Assembly: GCF_006345805.1 (NCBI RefSeq)
Contig: NC_043003.1
Span: 74,276,001-74,340,000 of the forward strand
Direction: 5' to 3'
Source: Octopus sinensis
Lineage: Eukaryota
DNA: 64,000 nt
Position 1 is the first letter of the stretch. Each line of letters starts with the position of its first letter. Position numbers and translations under genes: made by a program. Positions 52,246 to 64,000 of the stretch are shown piece by piece. The notes under the pieces were generated by a model. It saw only the letters and a program-made list of their open reading frames with translations, did not search any database and had not been told where the DNA came from.

Positions 52246-54050
52246 ATAATACATACTCATTTTTTTGGTCAAATTGTCTGGTATTTGGAACTGGTCCATG
52301 GCTCTCATCAGCAATTCGTGTGGTACTGAGCCATATGCATTAGCTAATTCAAGCCATACCATGTTCAGAGATCTCTTGTTCTTTTTGTCATCCTGGATCG
52401 CTTTCCAAATCGAAAACCAGTGTTCAACGCATCCAGGGATCCCAGAGATACCGACCTTTTGAACAGATTCATCAACATATCCGTTATTCTGTAAATATAT
52501 CACTGTTCTTCTCAAAAGATTTCCCATAAAGATCTTGCTTTCCACATTCAATAAGGATATAGTCTCTGCATTGGCCTCCTTCGACAGGTAATATACCTTC
52601 TGCCTTACAGCAATGCTGTACTTAGAGTCTCTTCGCGCTACAGCTGTCGGAGTAGGACAAAGAGCTATTTTCGCAGACGATTGCAATACTTATAAACTTT
52701 ATATGAGACACCATCACACCTGGGGAACACTTTGCTCGAGCTTTTCCTACGAAATCATTCACCTGTCGCTCCATAATGTCCCCAATTTGGAATTCGATAT
52801 CAGGTTCTGAGAGATATTTTAGGCCAGGTGGCGGTGGCAGTGGCTGGTTAAGTTGCGGATCACTGTAGGTTTCTTTGATACGAGCATCCAATTCTTCTTT
52901 CGTGCACGATAAAGAGCTAATCTTCCAGTCAGCGAACAGCTTTTAAGTAAACCCGTACGGGTCCTTCAGAAACTGTCACCCCCCGAGTACTTTAACTGTT
53001 CTTTCGACGCTCATGTCGGCGGATATGTCGTTGCACATAATGACATTTCCTTTTTCAAATCGTCATAAGGAACGCGAGACCAAGTTTTTCATCTTCTGTA
53101 GCACATTTCCATCGCTTTCTTGGGCTGGTTTCATTTTCCTGATCCTCCTGCTTGCTCCACACTTTCCTTTCGCAAATCGGATACTCTCTTTCATTCCAAA
53201 TAATTCATTTCCAGCTCCGTAAATTGAGCTTGTTAATTTTCCAAGTTTAGACACTGTAGAGCCTGTCATTTTTTTAAAGAGCTCGATATACCTTGTTTTC
53301 AAACCCTTGATATTTCCCATTCTCATTAGCAGCAGGCCGCAAAACCCTCGGTTTCCTCTGAGTACTATGTAATGCACCAGTTTCATAACTTGCACTTTAC
53401 TGATGGGAAAAGGACCTTGCTGTAACATTTATCGATCCGCTGTGGTTTGAGTTCGGGGATGATTTGCCACGTGTTTATGATCAGATGATACACACTGCTC
53501 TGTCTTCTTCTCACAAGTCTTTCCCTGATGTATCTTGAATCTTCTCACAGCTGCAAATGTTGTACAGCACAGCTGGCATCCGAAGTCGTTTGCACTGCGT
53601 TCGTTGTTCGAATGAATAGCCGTACTCATGTCCAATGCCATTTACTTGTTAACCGGGTTTGATTGATTCTCGATTCCCACCTCTCGATCAATTGTGGGGC
53701 TGTCATTCTCATTCGTATCTGCCACAACATATTACAAAGGCGAGGATTGAAAGTCCGCAGCCTCCAACAGTTTTTAGTCGATAGTCTTTCCTGTTGTCCG
53801 CTCGTGTTTCCGAGCAATCCTCTTTGACTTTCCAAGATGCCTAACTGTCTTCGTGTTCTGTCAGTGTCAACCTACCACAAGGTCTTAGATATCTTTCAAA
53901 CAACTTGCACATGCAAGTGCTACAAGTCGAGAACTCCGCCTACCAGAAACCAGCAAGTGTATGGGGTCATCGGGAGAGAATGCGCGCCGTTTCGGGGCCT
54001 ACTTCTCGACGGCATCAATGCGCACCACCCCACCTCTCACTGATATGAGG
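52243..54050 (-). mobile_element. HERO-like non-LTR retrotransposon, 5' half, decayed
   Basis: N-terminal C..C..FKIHQGK.C finger; TYSDP; KARAKCSPG; TISLLNVESKIF; VDESVQKVGISGIPGCVEH; VWLELANAYGSVPH. Confidence 0.8.
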
Positions 54051-55399
54051 CCCCGTTATTAAATTTATGGGATTTCTTCTAGGAGCTGTTCATAGTATTC
54101 TGTCAGACGAATATATGTGAACAAACAGAAGAAAGAACAGTAGAAGATTATTCATTTACAATCCCATATGCAGATTAGATACATACGAAACTAAGCTAAT
54201 AGGGAAATATAAGGATCTCGCCAGAGCAATAAAGGGATTATGAGGCACAGAGGCCTTACAAAATTGCTCTTGTGGAAATTGTTGCTTTAGATCCAAACTA
54301 CTACGTAAGTCGATATATACTGACATTGATACACTTGCTGTCGGCATAAAGAAAAGTGCTTTCCTGTAATCGTCAAGAAATCTTTATAAGTTTTTTAAGA
54401 TTTCAAAAGTCCTTTCAATATAGTTCAGGATTATCTTTGCGTCAATTTAATTTCCAGTTAGCTAAAATGTTTTGTAGCGTTACAAGGGTCTTCCAAAATG
54501 TCTGCGTCACTGGAAGATTGTTAGAAACAAGTCTGAGATATGTACGAAATAGGGAAGTATGCTGTATTAATTTGACTGGAACAAGGATCCTTGAAAGTCC
54601 AGTACGCAACTACCTAACATCTTGTAATCTAAATAAATATAGCATCTTTAACAGAAACAATTCATCATATAATAATAGATACAATTCATGAGTTTTCTGT
54701 AGAATGTGCTGAATTTAATTATGTTAAAGAATGTTCGTATAACTACAGCTCTACAGTTGAAAAGTTTTAAGGAATGAATTCACCTCCTGCAGTGCTATGA
54801 AAATATAATAAACCCAGAAAATATGAATCACATTTTTTAAAGGTGTTTCTCCGATCGGCGAATAACTCTGAAGCAGGTGACCAAAATATCGGTAGACAAT
54901 ATATTCTGTGCCTTAGACATTTTCATGTGTTCATGAGGACTTCATATGTCTCTCTTCTACCCCTTGTATTCGTGTTGCTGCCATGTTTCTTTAACTGCTG
55001 TTAGGAGACACACGTACATAAGATCGCTGAATGCTACAGGTGATATGTCACGTTTTACTACTTCATGTAAATATCTATGTGCGCATAGCTCTCTGTATAT
55101 GTGACGCATGTATGTGCGTGTGTCTAAATATAACGTGTGTGTGTTTGTAAAGTTCATGGGCTTAAGGGCTCGGAAAAGGCCTGGCTGGTGGCCTAAACTT
55201 CTGTTACAAGGATAGGAAAAACTGAACAACCACTGCAACAATTGTTTGTATCTGAGACGAGAATACATTGAATATAATCATATCTAACTGTTCCTCCCGT
55301 ATTTTCTTAATCCCAAAGTCAGGAACTTTTCAGTAGCTCCTACATCAGAGCACGCTCTCTTCAGCATTCCGTATATCGGAGCACATTAGGCACAAGGTC

Positions 55400-56100
55400 C
55401 CTTCATGCAATGTCATCTATACTGAGATCGTGGCTTATGAGTACCACTCTGTTGTGATGCTCATACTTTAAACGTTTTCCTTCAGTGTCTAGTTAAAGCA
55501 TTCAACAGGCTGGGCCAGAAAATACATGCCGAAAATAATTCAACGTAAATTGGCTTCTTACATTATTCTCTAGATCAAGAAACATATACCTATATACCCA
55601 TCTATAAAGCAAATAAGCAATTAAGGAGCCATGCTTTAATGTTTTACCCTTTTACCTGGATTGTCAAAAGCTTCCTCTTCATTAGGAGTTGTAAAATCTT
55701 CCTTCTAATACATTTTGCCAACACATCCTTTAAAAAATGCTGTCCTGAATACTGGCTTAAAAATGAATCAGTCAATACGCCAACCATTTAAACTATTTTA
55801 TCCATTAAATTTATCCGGCTTGCAAAGCTTTTCCTCCTTAAACGTAATATCAAGATAAACAAGACATTTCAAACACATCTCAACAAGTATCCTTCAGTAG
55901 ATCATTGTTATAACGAAATTTACAACAGGCAAATAGTGAAAAGTCGCTATAACGTGTGCCAAATCTGAACTATTAAAAGTGTTAATGCATATGTCAAATG
56001 TAGATCCGGGATCTCCATGGAAAAGGAAAGCTGAATACCATTTTGACCAGCATTGAATAAATCGACAGCTCTCCATGCGCCAAAAGTCTACCTTTCGGTG
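55400..56100 (-). mobile_element. Possible highly decayed CR1/L2-like RT fragment
   Basis: Only scattered remnants: VYLD, VKG..IKAWL, LGPSLL. Confidence 0.3.
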
Positions 56101-57105
56101 CCGAATCAAATAAAATGCTATATTCTATCGGTATGGCTCAGTATTATTTTTTACTGACTGTTTACATAAACTCTTGATTCACAAGAGAATTACCACACCG
56201 GCATGCTCTACATGGTAGCAGATATCGTCCAATAACGAGGGCCAAACATCGAAATAATTCCTAAATATCCGAAATCAAATATTAAAAAAAAACAACAGAA
56301 GTCCTTCAGCTACAAAGTGTAACGACTTTAAAATATACTTTCTATTATAGAGACTTATATCCTGATTGAAATTCTAAGCTTTGGCCCGCAAAATACTATT
56401 CGAGAAAGACTTTATCGAGAAAGTCATCGCCTTTTACGTTGAGTTCAAGATGCTTTATTCACATCCACTTTTACTTACTTCATATTTTGTCATAAATATC
56501 TCCTTTAAAAATGTCTATATTTTTCATTGTTATTTCTTTAATCGATTCCTTTATTCGTCTACTTGAGTGTGTGAATATAAAATTATTTACATCATATTTG
56601 TAAATTGAAAGACGCGAAATGTATATTAAAATACGCATATATTTCAATTTAATAAATGTAAATATTTTTAACCTATGCTATACATTGAGTACGTTGCCTT
56701 AAGCATCGGAATGTCATAGTTTATGCGGAAACAGAATATCCATGTATACATAAATATGGCCAAACGCGTGCACACACACACGCACACACACGCAAATGTC
56801 CATGTATACATATAAGTTTTTCTATATCTGTATATTTATTGCATTCTTATTGTGGTGTTATATAGTATAGGATACTTGAAAAAACAATCTAAAACACGCA
56901 CGAATGTGGATTATGGGAATATGAATACTGTTAGATTAGAACACATTTGGAATTTAATTCATAAGCACTAGAACATAATTACATACATACATATAAACAT
57001 ATATGAATGTGCGTGTGATTTTGCATATATATATATATATCTTTATAAGTATATATATATATATATATATTGCTTTATAAATAGATAAATAAATAGAAAT
57101 GTATA

Positions 57106-57194
<89 letters not shown>

Positions 57195-57959
57195 GTATAT
57201 ATGTGTGTGTATATATATGGATATGTGTATATATATATGTATATATATTTATAATTAAATATATAACTGTGTGTGGATTTATTTATGTATACATACACAA
57301 AGGGGAATAGGTAAAGAAAATGAAGCGATGCTGTCCTCTGACTCTTTCATGTCTCTATGGATGAATATGTATGCGTATCACTTCCGAATAACCTTCACAT
57401 AGCTTCAACGATCACAATCAACACATTCTGTGAACGTATACACCCCGTACACGTTTGCACAGATATATAAGCACTCACACACGCAGATACGCAAACACAC
57501 GCATGCATACAGGTACACGCACACGCACGTATAAATACAAACATCCACATATATATGTGTATTAATGCACGTTTGTTTAGGTGAGCCTGTGTTTATATAC
57601 AATGCAGAAATTTCCTGCAATGCCATAAAGGATTCAATTAACATTCCCGATATTAGGTTATTAGAATACGATTGAAAGAGCCGTATTTTATGGGAGACCG
57701 TATTCTCCGGTGATATATATTCCATATATTCAGGCTTTCACTAGCAAAGCAGGGTACGACAGTCCTATAATTATCGTTAATATAAACGTCTTTCACAAAA
57801 AATACAATATTATTCACGTTTGGTCATAATCATGCACTTACATTCAAATATTCGACATTTATGTATACATACACAAACGTATATATATATATATTTATTT
57901 ATTTATGTATGTGTGTGTGAGCGCGTGTATACACACACACACGTACACACACATATATA

Positions 57960-58036
<77 letters not shown>

Positions 58037-58668
58037 TCACACATACATATAAGCAAAGCTAAGACACAAACACATTAGTTATATTGAATGTATCTATTAT
58101 TACTCGTATATCTCCAGGAAAATAGATGCATGAGCATGAATATGTGCGCACATATGAATGTACTTGCTTGTGTATAGCATGCGTGGGTGTGTCTGATATG
58201 TATGTTTGCGTCTCCGTATATGTGTAAGCAAGTATTTAATATTTATATTCCTTCGTGTGCTAGCTTATTCTCTGATATTTGACAGTCCCTAAATCTATAT
58301 ATTAATCTTTGAACGGACCCGCATTCGCATATTTAATGTATTTTCTATCCTGAATTAATGTGTTTACGATTTAAATTATCATCGATAATGTGCGTATAAA
58401 AAATCCTTTTATGTATTAATGTATGGGAGAGCTGGAAATATAAAATTTTATTGCCATGAATAAAATGTTGTAAAGCGAGAATTTCTGTATATAATCCGAA
58501 TTTCATAGTGGCTTTTGAGACGATGGCCCGGTAAGGGATATCATATATTCAATTAGGTCAACTAATTCGCTGTGTATAGTCATATGGCAGTGCAACTATT
58601 AGTATTCAAAGAAATCTGTAGCCTTAGTTTTCTTCATGGATGTAGCTTTCATATGCGTCTATGTACAA

Positions 58669-58732
<64 letters not shown>

Positions 58733-58771
58733 AATATATATATGTACATATATATATAAATGTATATGTAA

Positions 58772-58810
<39 letters not shown>

Positions 58811-58820
58811 TATATATATA

Positions 58821-58862
<42 letters not shown>

Positions 58863-58884
58863 TATAATATATATATATATAATC

Positions 58885-59515
58885 TTCTTTCAGTCATATG
58901 ACTGCGGTGTTCCCATATGACTACGGCCATATGGGAACACCGCCTCAAGTGTTTTAGCTAAAGAAATCAACAGAAGGACTGATAATTTTTTTCTCAGCCT
59001 GCTTATTCTATATGCCTTATTGACCGAACTTCTAGTTAAGTGAACTTAAACACGCCAAGTCTGAAGTGGTAGTGGAAGACACATACACACAAACGCATAC
59101 ATACACGTGCTTACACACGTACACAAGCGCAGACGTGGATGTCTGGTAAGAAGCTTGCTTTCCAACCACATGGTTCCGGAGTCAGTGCCCCTTTGCTGGT
59201 ACAGTGGGCAATTGTCTTTTGCTATAACCTCGGGCCGACCAACGCCTTGTGAATGGATTTGGCAAATGGAAACTGAAAGATGGTTACAGACACGCACACA
59301 CACACATATGTATATGTATATGTCTGTATTTGTCCCTCATTACCACCACTTCAAAATCGGTATTCGAGGGTTTATATTCCCGTAAGTCGGCAAATGAAAA
59401 CGACAGAATAAGTACTAGGCTTTAAAAACATTAGTTGTGGGATCAATTTGTTCGATTAAACCTCTTCAAGGCGGTGCTCAAACATGGAGTCAAATGACTG
59501 AAACAAGTAAAAGCC
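58885..59515. mobile_element. Two opposed, decayed copies of the tRNA/CORE-type SINE
   Basis: Tail on the minus strand at 58885-59070; plus-strand copy at 59125-59515 ending agtcaaatgactgaaacaagtaaaag. Confidence 0.75.
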
Positions 59516-60747
59516 ACACATTTCACACCTGTTTGCATGTACGTACCTTCACTCTCACTTCCCTGCTTGTATTCATGTTTGTAAGTATGTGTGTGCGCAC
59601 GTGTGTGTATAGATATTGTTAAACCTCTGCATGTTTCCACGGCCAATAATCTTAGTTTGAATCTATGATAAGTTTTCGACCTCATTGCACGACATGGTGA
59701 ACAATTGATTTACATTATGTAATGAATTCTGGATGCGGTTTTGGATTGCCTCTGATTGTAACTCAAATATTCCACAATGGCAATCAAATACAAATGTATT
59801 CACGAACAAAATAAATTCTATTCTATATCTTCTTTTATAATCCTTCGTCACTTTGGATGTGAATTCAATTGTTCCAGTCATGTCCAGCGAGTGTATATGC
59901 ACCTATTCTTATTAGAAGTGGCGTGGCATTCATACATTTTTATTTGAAGTAAACAATTTTTGGTGCAGATTAATATATATCCAACGAGGTCGTATATCAC
60001 TCCATCCCCATCAATTTCTGTATCTATGTATATATCTATCTATATACATATATACCCAAGTGCATATATTCAGCAGCATATCTAGATGTACATATTCAAC
60101 TCAATGCATATACACGAGACCTATTTCTGTATAAATAATCATTCGTAAGGCATTATAAACATATAATTGCGCATGCATAAACATGTGTGAATACGCAAAA
60201 GCATACTAACATATAAACTCATGCTACAGGCATGCATGTTCCTGAAGTTACAGAAATTTTCACAGTGGGATTTCACTAATATAAATAGTTGCAATCAAGC
60301 ACTTAGAATATTGTTGTGAATTGAGAATACCAGAGTGGAAATTTCGAGGAGTGCTGTAACCGACATCAATTCATCTCACACTAACGGCTCCGCGAAACTG
60401 TTAGGCATCTTGTGAAAATTTCCGAGAGTTAATTTGAAAGCACATACGAAATTATTTGAGGTGCATAAAGGTTTTCATACAGTGATTGTACGTATAGTTC
60501 TTTTGAAAAGGAAACGGTATGTATGTACAAGAAGGAAAAAAAAAACAGGAGCAAGGAAAGCATCTGAGAGTGAGGTTTGATGAAAAGAAGGAACACACAA
60601 ATTAGAAGGCTTCATAGGTCGTTGCTGGCCTGCTGAATGGAAAGAATGGCTGGGAGAGGAAAGAAATTACAGGTGGCAATGTCATATTTTTGCTGCAGAA
60701 TTGACGGACGATATAAGGAAAACCCAGAGTGTGAGTCAGGGAAGAAA

Positions 60748-60792
<45 letters not shown>

Positions 60793-63199
60793 GTATATCC
60801 ACAATTACATTATTCTATTCAAGTTGATCAGTCTTTCAACAATCATACAATTCAACCATAACAACAGAAAATTATATGACTACTGTGTGAATAGCCGATG
60901 TGTTATTAGACTTATATTATGGGGCCTTTTGAAAATTGGGAACAGTTTGAGCAATTTTAAATTAGATTGTTGTAATAAATCAAGTTGTCAGTTGGACGAC
61001 TAATTATCTGTGACACTTTTACGTGCCTTAATTTTATAACACACTATTCTTGAAAATCTTGAATGACACTCATCTCACGTGCAAAGATTTCTGTTCGCTT
61101 AAATGTTGCCATTGTGGCATAAAATCTTATGTTTTATTACATAGGATTTTTAAGCAGATTTGTTTTACCCCTATATAACTATGATGCGTTGGTATATTGG
61201 TAGTAGAGGCCTTGATCCAAAACGCGATTTTAATTGTATTGATTATTCCTTCACGGTAGAGAGCTAAAATTGTTCATTCGTTTCTTATACAGCAGCTACA
61301 TGCACTGTTTTTCTTTTTGATGTAATATTTTATGTAGTTGCCCCTTATGTCATTGGCCTCACTATTTGTTATGTAATATGAAGCAAGAGTCGTATGCAGA
61401 TGTCGAAGTTAGAAATAATATATTCCTTTTATATTTCAAAGTATCAAATCATAGCATTCACATATTACTTCCCTGCATACACTGCTTCCAACATTTTATC
61501 ATTAAAACTGATCGATTCGGGAGTTTAAAGCAAAGGATGTAAAAGCGCGAAATCCTAGTTGCAAACTAAATGCATAAAATCGATCTAGCTGCAGACCTAT
61601 TATATAATCCAAATTATAATTCTGGCTGGGGTCTTCAATCTAACATTATATGAGTGAACCGGATTATCGCATTAAAGTCGTGTATGCAGTTTTACAAATA
61701 GTACAACAATTATAGTTATAAGTCGTACACGAGATAACGTTATTCTGTACCAAATCTCCTCAAACAAAAAGATAAAATATGTGACATAATTATCTCAATA
61801 TACATTGGTTATACTAGTTAACATAAGAGCAGAAACGATAGAGTAGACATGTTCTCCATAAATGGCATAAAAGTAATGGAAACGAAAATGTGTTTCTTGT
61901 ATAAACTATATAACTCACTGAATGATAATTTAAACCTTCTAATGCAAACACATTTGAACTGTCAAATCTGTAAATGATTATTCGAAACAAACTATAAAAT
62001 CAGCAGCCAAAATTCGACATAAGCTGCTTCATAATGTGCATTAGAAGCACGATGTGACGAAATATTTTAATATAGATGTCAGGTTTCGAGTCTATGATAT
62101 CAAATATCTATAAAATTCAAGAAACTAACAAAATTAATGACCGACTTAAGTAGAATGTACAAACTCAGAATAGAAATTTACTTCTGTTTACCAATGATCG
62201 GCGCATTCGATGCTACTGACTGAATTATTGGACAAGCACTTTTAACTAATCGCTTCAGGTTGATGAAATCTGTGTGTGTATGTGTGTGTGTGTATGTGCG
62301 TGTGTGAAAACCGTCCATTAGACGTAAACTATTTCGAGGGAACGAGCACGGTTCTTGGACTGTAGACTTATTTAAACAGTCATTCAGTTTTGTTATCGCC
62401 ACTTGGTGCTTTCATATATTCAAAATGGTTGTAAATAGTTGAGTAATCTCCGTTCACAGAGTCTTTGAGTAGGATCAAGCACGCCATTATTCTTCCTCCG
62501 ACAAAATCATTAGAAGATAAATGGAAATACGTTAACGGACATGAGCAAGGTTATATTTCGCATATTTCATGTAAGATGTTGAATAATCTAATATCTTTGT
62601 CATGTAGATAATCACACACTTAAAATATAAATATCTACAAGATTGTCATCAAATTTATGTGATATGTCTTTCGTTGTCCCACTCTATGTATTATTTGAAA
62701 TAAGCATTACAGATCAATTCATGAAAGACAAACAGATAGATATTATTTTACACACACACTTTATACATATAAATTAGAAAAAGGTGAAGTTGGTATATTG
62801 TTAATACCAGTCGTGCTGAGCTATCTAGATATGTCAGCTGTAATGCGATGAGATAGCTTACGTTAAATTGTCTGGACAACATAATTCAGAATAGTAGATG
62901 AATTGTTTTGTAGCGAAATACAAACTAAACTCTCTTAAATATATCCACTGCTTTACACTTCTATTAAAGTAAGTTATTTAAAAGATAAACAAGTTGATAT
63001 TTAAACAAATTAGTGATTACCATACTACAATCATTAAAATATGACCTCATATGTTATATCTATGAAGAAATAAAAAAACGCGGATATATAACATCAAAAT
63101 AGTTTATTCAATAGAAATGTCACTGGTTATTAGGGGCATTTTCAAATAAAGTTGTTATTCACCCCCGTGATTCTACATTTGTAGAGGAAATAGCGAGAA

Positions 63200-63620
63200 T
63201 TGATAGGTATTTTTTCTGTTATTAATGCCAAAAGATGTGCAAGTCTCCAGCAAGGTAATTCAAAGGAAAAGAAGGACGTTGTCTTAGAATGCTTCATATC
63301 TTTTTAGAGGTCCAATTAGAGGGATGATAAGTCTTGTAATAACTCCTTAGAAAGGAAGGCACCTTCAAGTAATTCTTATGTTGATTATATATTTACTGTT
63401 AAAGAATGCAATAGTTTCAATTTATTTATATTTGGAAGGCAGCTTTGGAAAGTAAGGGTCTCATCATCATTGATCTTATGTTTCCCTGTACCTGTTGTTG
63501 TAATAGATTGAAAGAACATCAGATTGTGGTATGTTTTCTCCAACAGTTGCAATGCATTTTGAACAACTGGAAATCGTTGGGAAGTGCTGTGTTAAATATC
63601 CAGTGATATTTATTTATAGT
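63200..63620 (+). mobile_element. Possible very old RTE-like RT remnant
   Basis: WKAALESKGL and a preceding YVD remnant. Confidence 0.3.
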
Positions 63621-63961
63621 TAAAAGCCTCTGTAGCAACATCTTGGTACTTCTCAATGTAATAATTTGATTTCTAGTGTATTAGCTCTAGTAAAATGTCA
63701 GTACAATTATATATTTTTTGAAGCTAAATAGAATGTCTACAGGATTTGAGATTTTATTTGACTCGCTCTTAAAAATTAACATCGTTCTTTCGCTAGTTAC
63801 TCATTTAGTGGTTTTCTGGCGATAAAAAATAAGCGTGCTCCGTCAAATAAAATACGTAGAATTTTCATCTTTACCAGCTTCTAATAACCTTTGTTTTTAA
63901 CTACGTAAATGTTTTCTGTAGCTTCTAAACTGCTTCTTTTCCTGTTTCCCCATATGCTCAG

Positions 63962-64000
63962 GTGCAGTTTTGAACGCTCTCATCAGAGGCCAACAATTTA
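63962..64000 (+). other. Possible start of a host exon
   Basis: ctaaac branch-like site, pyrimidine tract, then ctcAG|gt; open frame AVLNALIRGQQF up to the window edge. Confidence 0.3.

Overview
AT-rich, microsatellite-dense eukaryotic DNA made up almost entirely of transposon debris. The SINE families resemble octopus (cephalopod) SINEs, so this is probably octopus intronic or intergenic DNA (inference). No intact host gene is visible apart from a possible exon start in the last 40 bp. Recognisable elements: R4/Dong-like, HERO-like, RTE and L1/Tx1 non-LTR fragments; a near full-length Neptune-type Penelope-like element (RT + GIY-YIG); a tandemly duplicated LTR/internal fragment; Tc1 fragments; a Helitron carrying a PIF1 helicase fragment; and many tRNA-derived SINEs. 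The most notable signal is a set of minimal type I hammerhead ribozyme motifs in several unrelated short repeats, including a tRNA-headed SINE that carries one. Also notable are a Helitron with an 8-bp flanking direct repeat, a Myb/SANT-like ORF fused to an RTE tail, a hairpin whose stem mismatches are all G-U, an inverted CpG-rich 22-bp minisatellite, and long duplications that end at (TA)n tracts. Most ORFs in the supplied track are microsatellite artefacts. All coordinates were read by eye and are approximate.
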